Source: Bugula neritina
Lineage: Eukaryota; Animalia; Bryozoa
Direction: 5' to 3'
Assembly: GCA_964035545.1 (NCBI GenBank)
Contig: OZ037766.1
Span: 23,548,767 to 23,612,766, forward strand
Length of the DNA stretch: 64,000 nucleotides
Part shown: positions 42,701 through 56,660 of the stretch, in pieces
Numbering within the stretch: position 1 is the first letter of the stretch
Layout: each line of letters begins with the position of its first letter
Notes under the pieces: model-generated
Told to the model about the DNA's origin: nothing
Seen by the model: only the letters and a program-made list of their open reading frames with translations
The model's database searches: none
Position numbers and translations under genes: made by a program

Positions 42701-45700
42701 AGGGCGACAGCAGAGCTCTGGTTGTGATTTGAAAACTTCCCTTTCTTAGGACGAGTAAAAGTTCGAGTGCAGTAAGAGCTAGTTGAGGTGGGGTTTAAGA
42801 CAGAGAGAGAGTTTGAAGTGGCAGGGGAGTTGACCAGTTCAGCTTCTTCTAAATAACCAGGATCATTAGGTAACCTAAGTCTATGTATTTACACTTTCTT
42901 TGGAACTATTAGAATGCTCCTACTATATATTTCTCACTCAAATTTTGTACACAAAAATAGACACCTTTGGTGAGACATTTGTGCATAATTTCCTAACTTA
43001 AATATACAACTAGAAAGAAACAGTACTGCTGTAACTGTCACGGTGTATCATCTACAGGTTATAGTTAGGTATAATATTCATATGACATTGCAGACTAAAT
43101 AACCTGACCATTCATGCAGTGAAATTTGCTAAAGTTTAGCACAAATTTCTTAGTAATATATATACTAATAATTATTTTTTAAGAAGTGATCAATGCCACC
43201 GTACTTGTTGTTAATTGTATCAATGAATGTGATGATTCAATCACAGTAGTGTTTGAGCATTTGTTAAGCACAAAAACTTGAAAATGAAAATTTGACTTGT
43301 TTCCACACAGCTGGATTATTTAAATCATACCAAAATTTTACATGAATGAGCAATGCTAGGCAGATAAAATGGGGATGCATAAGGAAAGATATTGTTGAAC
43401 TTTAAAACCTGCAACACGACGATGTTAGGGTGAAATACTAAGCAGCCACACTTGACAAGGCAAAATCTGCTGCATATATGAGTAGATGTGGTCAACTGAA
43501 CAAAGAAGACGTATTACACAAGACTGTTGTTCTAAAAGGTTGCTGATGGCCTTGAAGTGCCTAACAAAAACTCACAGCCTTTGTTTCAAACATTTTCAAG
43601 TAGAAGAATCACCAACTATTTGGTAAAACATAAATTAGACTTTCTGTTTGTTAGGAAGGTTTTCAAATATTTTATCAACAACTTAGTTAATTTTTCGAGA
43701 AGATCACAAAATCAAAAGGGCTGGTTTGCATGAAATCTGAAAGAGTATATACTTAAAGGCACAGTGCTAAGTTGGGCTACAACTGATTGTTGTTTGGTGT
43801 GTATTTTAAGATAGACAAGTTATAAAGTCACACAAGTGAAACTAGGAAGCTCTAAAAAATAAAAACCACATTCATCAGCACAGCCAATAAGGGGCAGTAG
43901 TACATATCAGTTTATAATACAAAGGTACACTAGCAAAACCAAGAATAAACTAAATGCAGCTCTAAAATAAGCATACTCTAAGAAGATAAAATAATAGCCC
44001 AACTCATCCTAATCAAAATTGTTCAACTATTCAGTTAAAGGCAGTTGATTTAACCCTGGCAGGTGATTAAAGCCACAACATAAAGAGGTATAAACTGAGT
44101 AAGTAGCATAGTTGTACAGGGCAGCGTAGCACTGGGGGGGGAGACAACTCACCTGATTCTGCAGCTGAACCAGTTGAATGTAGGTCTAACACAGCACTTT
44201 CCTGAGTACTGTTACCTATTATAAACATTTACTAATAATTATAAAATATGAACATGGAATTACATAAATAATTATATTCAAATTATTTTTGAGCTATGAA
44301 TATAATAATTTACAAGAAACTATGTTTTAGCTTCATTTATAGAAACACTCATAGAAAACTTATTAAATAAAATTGAAATTACAAAATATAAAAAAATCAC
44401 GTCTTGATGTCAAATCAACACTATTTTTATCAAATAAAAATTTACAAAAATAAAAAGTAATTTACAAAACTAATAACCCAAGTTAGTGATGAGCATACTG
44501 TGGAAATTGGAGCCAAGGATATACTCAGCTGTAACATTTCAGCAGAAACCAACAACATAATGATAGCAGAGTAACAGTTCAGTATTTCATAAAAGCACTG
44601 TAATTTAAATATAGATGCGTGTGTAGACCAAACCAGCAACGGATCACAAGGAAATTGACTCCCACACTAAGAATCAGCAGAGGTACAATTAGCTGCCAGT
44701 TATGAAGCATTAAGCAATTGGGAGCCATAAAACATACAAGTTTAGAAATCTAGAGGCGAACTTCATATGAACAATGGAGTATTTAGTCTACATTTTTGCC
44801 AATATGATAATATATTCTACACCAAAACACACCAACTCAAACCAACCACTTGGCAAATGCTTTCTAAGCCCTTCGATGAGTTTTATTTTCTCCTTGAGCT
44901 CAAAATACTAATATCAAAGATAACTAAAACATGCTTTCATTGTACACAGAATCAAAACTCACCGAGTTGACTGCCCCCATTTGAATGAGAAATGCTAAAG
45001 CTGGAGTCATGACTAGAAAGGTTAGCAGGGGAGTTCGGAATCTCTAATCTAGACTTAGCTAGACTCACTCTAAGAGCATTCACAGACTTCTCACTCACAG
45101 AAGTGTCTGAAAAAGAGATTTTGAACCAGTTTAATCGATTTAGAGACAGTATGGTTAATGTTGATTTTATCAGTTTACTACAATGAATAGCTACAAAATA
45201 AGAAGTTTAAAAATGACAGTTATGGCTTTACGCCAAACTAAAGTTGGAATACTATATTTCTGACCAGTAATATGTATTTATAGCCTATATATGTCACTAG
45301 ATATGCATAGTATTTAATACACAAAACTAGTATAATAACATACTAAAAAGCTTAAACTTAAAGTTTAGCTTAAATTTTGCACATAATTATTCGTAGGTGG
45401 AGCAGCTTAAGCAAGTAACATATTTAGGAGCAGAAACCAATACTAATTAATTAATTTATATTCTCCAATGTTGAGACACTATCTTATTGAATGTATGAAA
45501 ACAGTCACAAATAAATTGAGGTTATTGAGAAGTAAAGAGAGAGCATTTGAATGAACTTCAACACCTGAACATGCCATCTGAATCATTTAGACTTTTTCTC
45601 TTTAGTAACCCAAAATACTAGTATAGCATGCTGTGAAATTAACTTTACATATTACTAACTAATTTGAACAGAGAAACATGACAAATAATTTGTTTAGTAG

Positions 45701-47050
45701 TAAGGTCAAAAGATAACTCATTTACAAAAATATTACAGTTCTCTGAAAAATAATTTAATATTTGAATCAAACAAAATTCAGCATAATTCTGATAGTGCAA
45801 TTAAAAACCCCAACTTTCTATTCACTCAGAAGTTGTCTTACCTCCACAAAAATCATGGAGTTTATGAGTGAGAGCCCGCCGTCTCGGCAGAAATTCTGGA
45901 CTCTCAAATGAGGCCAACATCTTTCTACTAAGCTGCTCGACAGAACTTCTAGTGAGATTGGGACTTCTCTTGTTTGGAGTAGAAAATAACCTGCAAGATA
46001 ATACAAGCATTGTGGGACAGTCAATAACAATGCTATTGTATATATACATTTAAATTCAAGTCGCGAGTAGAAAATAAATAAATAATAAACTCAGAGCACT
46101 AAAGTAAAATATATAATATAAAAAAACAGTTGGCAACTGGAATATGACAACATGTTATGCGAATAATTTAGATAATAGAGAATGGATTCCAGAAAGTTTA
46201 GTGCAGTATTTTAAATTTACAAAAAAAAGTTTTTCTAAATTTGGACTTAGGATAAATTAGAAAATATTTCTACCTAATTTATGACAAATCAATAAAAGAT
46301 CAAAGTAATATATTAAATTGAAGGTAATGTTACTACTTTTAGACTATATATGCACAAACCTTGCTTAAAGCGCCTGACTAATAATTAAAACCCCAGAACT
46401 TATGAAAACAATGACTCAAAACCCTGAAGTACCCGACAAAATTAAACTCAATTTAAAAATAGAACCTACCAGTCCATGTCATCTTCCAGAGAGCTCATGG
46501 TAGACAGGTCTAAGCATTCCTCCTCGGCTATCTCACCACCAACTCCCAAACCTTTGGGGCCTGAGGATTAGATTGAAAGGCATTTGGATTACAATTGTTG
46601 GTATTAAATTGGAATTTTCCAACAAAAATTCGCAATTTGGTACAGACTAGCTTGTTCCCTTACTTTCTTTATTCCACAAAACGTCACTATTTTTACAGTT
46701 TCTCCTTTACACAATGTAAAATGGCACACAAACACCAAGCAATCAACATTAATCCACATTTGTTCATCTTGTAAAAGTAGAATATGAAAACTTGCAAGGT
46801 TCTATAGACACAAACCAATCAAATAGCTTAGAAAATTTACACATATCCTTGACAAAAATGTATATTGGCCAATAAGTCTACACAACTGGCAAACTTTGCA
46901 CACACTTCACGTGCTTAACCGGCATAATGAGTTTTTTAAAAGATGTAGTCTAGTGACATATTACTTACAAGAATATGTTGTACTGGCATTTTGAGATTGC
47001 ATGTCCTTCGCCGACAGAGGCTGCGGCAGGTCATCGGTTTCTTCGGCCAT
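39715..47050 (-). CDS. SLAIN-motif family protein (microtubule plus-end tracking-like), ~535 aa, 12 exons: 47050-46969, 46560-46470, 45990-45842, 45106-44963, 44215-44153, 42848-42534, 42024-41882, 41534-41390, 41233-41120, 40695-40630, 40362-40137, 39784-39715
   Basis: LDL..LEDDMDWLFSTPNK and RKMLASFESPEFLPRRRALTHKL resemble SLAIN WLY.SP..CRQVLD.PSP..KKSLIHKL. DIQTLAKLQEQSLR resembles DVQILARMQEESLR. C-terminal SGLRNP/SSLPAP/SGLRPP are SxIP-like. Phases are consistent (1608 nt). An alternative in-frame ATG lies at 47056. Confidence 0.8.
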
Positions 47051-48649
47051 TCGCATTACATTTGCAATTTTAAAATGTCTGTTCTAAAATAAATACAATA
47101 AGTAAATCTTCAACCTCATGCTAAGCATGAGTGATATATAATATTAGCATCATATAAAAAGTAACCATTAATATATGCTAGAGAAAGTATTGTTCAAGTT
47201 ATAATCAGCCCAAAAAAAATATGACATATACAACTTAAAATCTCATTGCTGCTAATATATCTTTATATGGTCAAGTCAAGAAATAACTGGTGAATGGACT
47301 GGCACTTAATTGAAATTAGATTTGCAGCTGATCCTTTTGTACTTAAAATTTTGTACATTAAATTTAACCCTGATTACTAATCTAAATAATTTTGGCAAGC
47401 CATAAACATGAGCAGCACTTCTCCTTGATTTTAAGTCTAATCAATAACATTGTTGCCATATTTTTACAATAGTTTTACTTTTACTTTGATTAAACTTGAG
47501 ATTAGCAAAACTTAAAGAAGTTTGCTTGTACCCAGCCTCATGATTCACGAGGCTAAAAAAAGGGCAGCGGAGTTACTCATTCATGGAGTTAAAATAAATA
47601 TGATGATGATTAGCCTACCACTTTGACTTCTTCACAGTACATACATCATTCACACTGAGTGTCAGTGTGTAAAGCTATAGTAATAGTAATAGAATGAAAT
47701 GATACAGTATCAAAAATTATTGTAAATATTAAAATAGGAAATGTAAAATATTTATAATTAGTGATACTGGTAGCCATAGTCATACTCATAACGATAGTTA
47801 CACCAACTATTACTACTAGTATTACTATTTCACTATTAGTAATGTTATTAGTATTATTAAATAATCAAATTAAAAACTTAGTCCCTAGAGTGCGTTTATG
47901 TTATAAACTTATATGATGAATTGTAAATAATTTATTCACAATAAACACTCACATTGACAGCAAGCGGAGTGCCTACACAAATTATTATACTCATACTGAT
48001 ACTCATCCACTGACATTGTGATTCAGATTGTGACTTAGTTGGTGCTACTGTTGCACGTTGACTTAGAGTTAGTATCACTCACTCCTAGTCTTACTCTAAC
48101 TCTTAGTGTTACTCTTCACAATTACTTACAAATCAATATTAAATAATCAACTAAAATTAAAAGTAAAAGGCAAATTTGGGGTAGCTAAAAGTAAATATCA
48201 AAGCGATCTTTAAACTACTTCTACTTCAAGCAACATTAACCAATTCACTCACACACAAGAGGCAAGTCTAAACCGTTAGTGTTTAGTAAAAGTTGACTGC
48301 AACTGTTAGTGACAGTGTTATACTCATAGTTGCTCCGCTAACGGCTAAGCCTATGGCTATGGACTAGAAGTAGATATTAATATACTCATATAGCCCTAGG
48401 GCCTAGAGTAAATGTAAACTAAATCAGTAAATGTAGGTATTTGACATTCAAACTGAAAATAAAATTCAAATTCACACTCACACTCTGGGTCACACACTGA
48501 CTATCACTATCACTATGACTTTGACTTTCACTTTCAGTGACTGTCACTGTGAGGTGGTTTACTTTTAGCCTTAGCCTTAGGCTTATGATATTCATAATGA
48601 TAATCATAATCATAGTCATAATGATAATGATATTCACTCATACTGATAC

Positions 48650-48850
48650 TCATAGTCGGCCGTATTGATATTGAAATAAATAACCTGATATTTGAATGCA
48701 TTTATACCTTTCGAAATCAAATTCTTCACTTCAATACCGGTATTTGCACATATTTCGAAACTCTAGACAAATCTAACAATATTATACGGAAAAATTTAGA
48801 AATTATTAGATGTTAATTATCGGCGATCTTGGAGCTCACTAGGCTTCAGA
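48650..48850 (-). promoter_or_regulatory. CpG-rich patch; probable TSS or first non-coding exon of the SLAIN-like gene
   Basis: CG cluster (GTCGGCCG, TTCGAA x2, ACCGG, TCGGCGATC) and a candidate minus-strand donor CAG|gttatt near 48685. The coding exon has an acceptor at ~47084. Confidence 0.4.
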
Positions 48851-50784
48851 TATCCTAGAAGTGGTTATTAAAGGTCAGCCTAGTGTCAACCAATAATATT
48901 ATTACTTTGTACTGCTCCCAGCACGCACCATAGAACTAATAACGTAATAACCCGATCATTATGTTGATAGTGTTCGATATAGTTATCTCCACACACCCAT
49001 AATATTCTGTAAAATGTAACCGCACAATAATGGTGATATAATCTTACAGGAAACCATTAGGTAAGACAACACCTTAATGACTCATTGCAGCAAAATGTTA
49101 TCAATGAGATGAATAATTATTATTGATGTACGCTTATGCTTTTGCTTTTACCTTACTAGCTGTTGCATGAATTAAATGTAGAAAAAAACATCTCTGCATG
49201 TGCATAATTTGTAGCTGACTATGGTATAATGTCCACTTACAACCATTTCTAATCTATATATAAGCAATAGCGGATAACTGCTCAAAACTCTTGTCATCGA
49301 GGCAGTTTTTGCAATGTCAATTGAAAAGTAGATTGTGAGCTTATATTGTTGTGAGCTTTGGGTTGTTATGAAAATAGACTAAGCAGTCTGCATGCCTTAT
49401 ACTATATTGATCAAATAAAAGTCTTCTTGAATATTCTTGATATAGTGTCTTTATTCTCTTTAGATGCGTCTTGGTGGAGCTCCAGTGGTCGACTGACTTA
49501 GCACTAGGGAAACTCTCCCATTTATATACTAACAAAATTTCCCGCCACTTTGGGTATCCGAAACTAGGCGACATGATATAATTACTAGAGCGTTAAAATC
49601 CATTACAATATTATATAAATCATTGGAGTTGGAAAGTATCATCCTAGAATCTATAATCACATGCATGTGCAAGTACCACTTTTGGTGACTCCATTAAAAA
49701 ACATTTACTCACTTGTTACATTAGTTGCAATATTGAAAGTTATCCAAGATCAAACTTATTAATGAGCCCTGAGAAGCAAAATAACCAACTCATGTTTTAT
49801 ACAAATTTGCAGATATATAACCAGCAGTGTGATTGATAGCTGAAGCAATTATAGTTTGCTAGGAAAAAAAAACAGTCAACTTGCTATTTTTTCATAGAAT
49901 GCAAATGAATTGTTAAAAATGGTCTACATGTAGAGCAACTTACAATTGATAACAAATATGAAGTCAGATACTGATGGAGTTACATTTTTATTCTTCGTTT
50001 GTAGGAATCCTGAAAATATTTCTCAACTAAGCTGCCCACAAATGCTAAAGCTGCTATACACAAGGAAAGATGAAGCATTGTAGGTCATCTTTGAGTTGAA
50101 TTTTTACTTGTTTATTGATTGGACAATATTCAGATTTTTTTAAACTGAACCCTATTCTCTTCAGGTCACCTCAGTAGCAAATAATATATAATAAATGGCA
50201 GTTAACAAGATACCAAGTAGTTTATAAGTGATCTAAAGCTGTCGAATTTATCAAAATAAAAAAAGAATACTTTTTATGTACCCTTGTATGTAACCATATC
50301 CAATGAGCAGGAACATGAATTGTCTTTATTTAGTAACAAAATACTCATATCTTCTAGCCACAATCCATATACATTCTATTATTCATGGTTTTCACATAAA
50401 TAGTTTTAAAAAGTTTCACAATACGCAATGCATTAGCCTGCACTAGACTGTTACATCAGTTTAGATAATTCGTAGTCGTGTAATAAATTACATTTAAATT
50501 GAAAGAAAGCAGAAATCCTATTATAATATCCAAAGAAAAAAGAAAAGACTACAAATACTAAATAACAACCAGCAGCACAATGGATACCCTAACTGAATCT
50601 ATATACAATTTATATCTTAGTAGTTACCATGAACTATCAACTAAAAGTAATAAAATAATCTGAGTATAACTTCACATACTAACTAAGGGCACAAGAAATT
50701 ATTGTAAGTTACAGTCGATAATCCATACATTTGACACTATATAAAGTTATACTCTGAGGCTATATAAAAGATAATGCAATGGAT

Positions 50785-53700
50785 TTAAAGACTGTCTGCA
50801 TATCTGCTGAGTTCATCTGTCACACTAGAGGGGGTCTCTTCAATTAGTCCCATGTTAATATTAGCCTGTGTCCCCGAGAGTCCAGCCAGCGGCACCTGAG
50901 GGTTGTTCTGTGGCAGCCCCATCTGTGATTGCTGTTGATTGGTAGAGAGAAAACTATTCACCCCACTAGTAGACTGAGCACCAGAAGGTAGCATTTGTTG
51001 CCCTCTCCTCACCACCCCACCTTGCTGCTGCTGCTGTTGCTGCATCTGCTGCTGCTGCTTAAACAAATTTCTTTGTCTCTGAATAGTAGCCAGTATGCTT
51101 GGGTTATTCTACAACAGTATAGAAGTAACTTACAAATTTGAACAAGTAGCTCTCAGGTTGAGAGTAATCACAAATAAGCTGACAATGCGTAGAGCTCTTG
51201 GCGCACCTTAATGAGAATACATAGCTGCTGCTTCTCCTCAGGTGTTTGAGGCCGGCCAGAGCTGAGAGAGGAAAGCAGCCTGTGGAGTTTCTGCTTAGCC
51301 TGTAGCTGCTTGGTCTGCTCAGCAGTGAGGTTTGGGTTGGGGGCGGCAGACTGGCCCGACTGGTGTTGGTGCTGATTAGAAACCCGCATCACCTGCTGCT
51401 GAGTGTGCTGGAGTGGTCGCACAACCTGGACATTCTGGCTACCCTGGTTGAGCACAATGGGCTGAGGCATAACTACAAAACAGCAGTTCAAGAAATAAAA
51501 TACTCAAACATAAAGATAGTGTAATGACTATGTGATAAACACTCCAACTAACACACGTAGGATGGCAGATAGTCACCTGAATTCTTCATCTGCTGATGAA
51601 GTTGTAACTGCTGCTGAAGCTGCTGTGATTGACTCTGAGGCTGAGTGATGGGTGTTTGAAGGAGACTATTCATCTGCAGAGAATAAACATGGCAATATTA
51701 CAACAGAAAACTTGTGGAAGCAATAATATAGTAAGTGATAGAGTATACTATTTCAATATGATAGAATTGTGTTTCGATAATTTAGTCTTTCAAATTGCCA
51801 TCAGATATACTGAGAGGAGTGAAATAAAATTATGTACAAACGAGTCGCCAGAGCTACAAAAATGTCAAACTAAAAATATTTAGGCTTGCCAAGAAGTCAC
51901 AATAAGTTGAACAAGATTTAAACAGCCCTTGACACTGTGAATTTTAAAAATGGGAATCACTTGTACAATTCCTTCTTGGTATACCTTGCCCATGTTGCAC
52001 TTACAGTTAAATTGTTTTAACAATATAGTAATCTCCATCACCAGAAAATAACTACACACAAAATTATTAATACTTGGCCTGTACATTATAACAGGCAAGG
52101 CCATATTACGCAATCATCCAGCTCAATCTAAACAATGACTCAACGCTAAAATAATGTCTATGAATCTGAAACTATTGACCTATCCATGATAAGTGACAAT
52201 ACCAGCGCTACAACTCATACCAGACTTACAATAGGCTGTTGCTGCTGGACCATTCTCTGCTGTGGGTTATAGCCGACAGGTGACTGAGTGATGAGGGAGT
52301 GACTCTGAGTGGCATTAGAGTTTCGCTGTAATGAACCTGGCGAAAAGCAGAAAAAGTGAATAAATGCTACAAAGCATTAGCTAAATTCAATAAAAAGAAG
52401 GCGACCGACAAATGTTTACAATTATTCAGAGTTTATTTCCAAGTGCAGTAACAGAAAACATTCGACAAGCAACCAAGTGCTTTAAGTGGCAATTCGATGT
52501 TGCGAGAGATTTTAAGGCTCAACTACGATTACAACTATGTTCAGCATGCTGAACAAACAGGTATAGAAACCAGGTGAGGTGATAGCACTAACTGACCTGA
52601 GGTGGCGACTGGCAATACTGTCGGCCGACTGGTGTTCACTGTCAGTTGTCTAGCCATCGCACCGCCTCTTGCAGCAACAGAGCTGGAGGCACTTCCGCCA
52701 GCTGATCTATTCATGTCAGCCACTCGTCTATGCAGGAGTCGAGTTTGCTGCAGCCTCTGCAACTGCTGCTGCTGCTTAAACTTGTTCTTGATGTTTGTGC
52801 AGAAAGGCACAGGGCACATGCTCTCTCTGCAGATCTTGGCGTGGTAGCAGCACAAGGTAATCAGCTGCTTGCATATTGGACATCCGCCGGTAGTCTTTCG
52901 CTATAAACAAAAAGGAGAACATAAACATTACAATATACAAGCCATGGGCACAGGTACAAAGTCAGTAATGCACTGGGAAAAGGTTGCAATATGTTCTTGT
53001 ACAAAAACAGTACTTGGTCTCTACAGCATCTAATAATAATAGGATATATCTTATAAATTATAGAAAACAGAAATTATGTCAAAATCAATTTAATATATCG
53101 TGATTAAAAAACATTGAAATTATATCATATGCTTTGCACCAGTTTAATAAATCTTTGTATAAGCACAGGAGGTGCCTGTACTTTTTCTCAGTATGAGAAT
53201 ATAAAAATCCCCTTCTATATTACTGGGCTATTATACAGAGTGTCCTTACTATATTACAATATATGTATATACTATATTACAGTGTATGCATATACTATAT
53301 TACAGTGTATACTATATTACAATGTATGCATATACTATATAACAGCGTATGTATATACTATATCACTATGTATACATATACTATATCACTGTGTATGCAT
53401 ATACTATATTGCTGTGTATACATATACTATATTACTGCGTATACATATACTATATAACAATATATGTATATACTATATTACAGTATATACATATACTATA
53501 TTACCATGTATACATATACTATATCACTGTGTATGCATATACTATATTGCTGTGTATACATATACTATATTACTGCGTATACATATACTATATAACAATA
53601 TATGTATATACTATATTACAGTATATACATATACTATATTACTATGTATACATATACTATATCACTGCGTATACATATACTATATCACTATGTATACATA

Positions 53701-56567
53701 TACTATATTACTGCGTATACATATACTATATCACTATGTATACACATACTATACATACTTTACAAGCCTTGGTATGGGAGACAACTCTCTTCATCTTCTC
53801 ACACACCGTCAGCTTACAGTTGGCATCTCTACACATGGAGGCATGAACCAACGAGTCAATACACCTACAACAGAAATCAATGCAACTCATTGCAACTAAC
53901 GCCTACTTTCAACACATGCTACTTTCAACAGATACTACTTTCAACACATGCTACTTTCAACAGATACTACTTTGAACAAATTAATTCATAATTCAAATCC
54001 CAAAAGAGGAAAAGCAGTAAAAGCTCAGTCTTTACCTAAAAAGTCAATGCATACTGCCTATAGTACACATCTAACAGCAGACTAGTAACACCGCATACCT
54101 ACGGTACACCAGAGTGTCACTGGCCTGAGGAGGAGATAACTACTAACCTTTGGAGACTTCTCTTCCTGCTCTCAGCTGGTGGTAGTTGAGAGTCTCCCTG
54201 GTCGGAAGAGCTCTCTGTCAGACCTAGCCCGAGTTTCTCCATTTTATGCTCATGACCCTTGGTGCCATAACATGGGACGCACAAGTCAAAGTCCTACAGT
54301 GTTAGATAATCAGGATTAACAGTGCAATTGAAACAAACCTTTTTCATACTGTTAGGTTGTCAGTAAATGAAGCTACTGCGTGTGGTATTTCATGCAAATA
54401 TCACAACAAGTAAACGGACAGGGTGGCCTGCTACTACAGGGGAATCCAGTTAACATTTTTATTGTTCAATAAGATGAAGGACAGTATGCCATGTCAAGGT
54501 TAAATATGCTCCACCAGCTTTGGCCATAGGTATCTGACTTCCGCGAAACGCGCAGTTATCTCTGGCACACGAGACCAGCTTTGCCGCAACTTGATAAAAT
54601 TTTATTTTCCTTAATTTTGTGGAAGTGTCAAATCTAGTAAAATATCATAATAACTACAAAGTCTCACCTCACACTGGACGCAGTGATATCTCGTCTCCAC
54701 TTGTGCTTTACATGCATTACATGTGTATACAAAGCCTCCATCTCTGTTACTAGCGTGAACTTCGCAAAGAAAAGCCATTGTACTGCGATTAAAGAAAATA
54801 TAAATTAACAGTAGAGGGTCGATATATAATAATGTGGTAAAATAAAGTTAGTAAAATCAAATTTTCAATTCTCAACTACTAATTAACCAAGTACGAACAA
54901 CATATGCATCAGCTACTACTTACACTGTTGGGTTTAATATAAGCATTGACCATCACAGACTGAACTAATGACATGAAGTGCTGACTTTATATATAATAGT
55001 CTAAAAGTTGGCTTTTTGTTGTAGCAAAGAAAGCTCTACATAAGCCGGTGCCAAACAAAATACAGACAGGGATAGAATAGCTAACATTACTATAAAACTC
55101 CAGTTATAGCTGTAATAAAGTGTGCTTGTTGTTTACAGACTAGCATGATGCAACGAAAGCGTGCAATGTCCCAACACGTTGTGTAACATACTCTAATCAC
55201 CAACCTGTAGGTAGCTCTCCTCAGGCTAGAGAACTCCCAGTGTCTCTCTCTGCACATGGTGAGGAAGCTATCCCGAGCATCCATCAGCTCCGAGCTGAAT
55301 GTAGAGTCCGGGTCAGAGGTGTTGCGCGGGGCATCAGGAGCGGTGCACAAACGATTCTTGAGCCGAATCACAAAAAACATATCTTTATGTTTTTCTATAT
55401 TTGAGAAGAGCTGCAAAAGGAAGAAATGGGTTACTTGTTGAGATTCAGAACAGAACAAAAGAGAGAGATAGAAACAACAATCCTATCAACTTCCCAGACA
55501 AACCAACACTCAGTATGATTGACTGTGAGATTTCACCTCTAACTGAGGATATGAATTGAGAATTATATTTCAAATAAAATGCTAGCCATTTTCAAACAAA
55601 AGAAGCCCTTGTAAATGAAATGCCACGATTTCTTAGTCTAAGCAAATTAGTCTAGTCAAAAAGTGAGACGTTACTGCAATCAGGTCAGAATGGCAACATT
55701 ATAGTAGAGTGAGAAGACAACCACAATCTACACTAGAACAATATCTTAGTCATCACCCTACAATAATTTCAACAAGCCAATATTTCCAAGAAACAGTTGA
55801 GTTGCACATGTAAAGCAGAGAGATACTCACTTTGGTGGAAAGGTCACTGCAAGTAATCTGTTTCTTGCTAGAATTCTTTTTCAAGTGTTTAGTCTTGTTA
55901 CCCTGAAACACGCAGAGAGAAACATCAATTGAACTATCACTACAGTGAAGTAAATGATAGAGTTTAGAGGTTGGAAAACAATGAAAATCCAAATTCTAAA
56001 TGCCGAAATTAAAATAACAGAATATAGGCTACAGCCCTCTGCCCTGTTACAACAGGGTAGAGGGCTGTAGTCTATATTCCCATCATGACATGATATATAA
56101 TAGGATGTAGTATCGTAACCATATTCCACTGCTAGTTTCATTGATTGATGATACCACAGCAAGATCTTGTGTCACTTTGAAAAAATTTTTAGTGAATGAA
56201 AATAATACTATAACACATTATGTTCTGTAGAAAAACTAGCATGTGTTTTTAATCATTAGGATTGCATGTAATATACATCAGCTCACCTTTACTTTCTTCA
56301 TTTTGTTAATCTGGGCTAAAGTGGCAATAGAGGTCGGGTTATCGGCAGCCCCCTGGGCTCCTGGCGCTGACTCTAAAGTAACCTGTCCGTCATCAGCCAC
56401 GACATCGTCTACTTCATCAGTGTCAGCTTCCTCCTCCAGTCTTTTCGCTTCTTCTTCTTGACACTCCTGAGAATGTAGCATTACATGCAGCATGTGTAAT
56501 AACATCAGTAGCATGTAGTATTACATGAAGTGTAGCAACCTGACCAGCATGCAGTGTTACAGCATGT

Positions 56568-56660
<93 letters not shown>

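Noticed and set aside
53114-53991. 261-aa Tyr/Ile/Cys-rich ORF and overlapping ORFs
   Set aside because: Translation of the 23-bp intronic minisatellite, antisense to CBP.
42320-55162. Identical 15-mer ATGCAACGAAAGCGT at 42320 and 55148
   Set aside because: A match of this length is roughly expected by chance in a 64-kb self-comparison.
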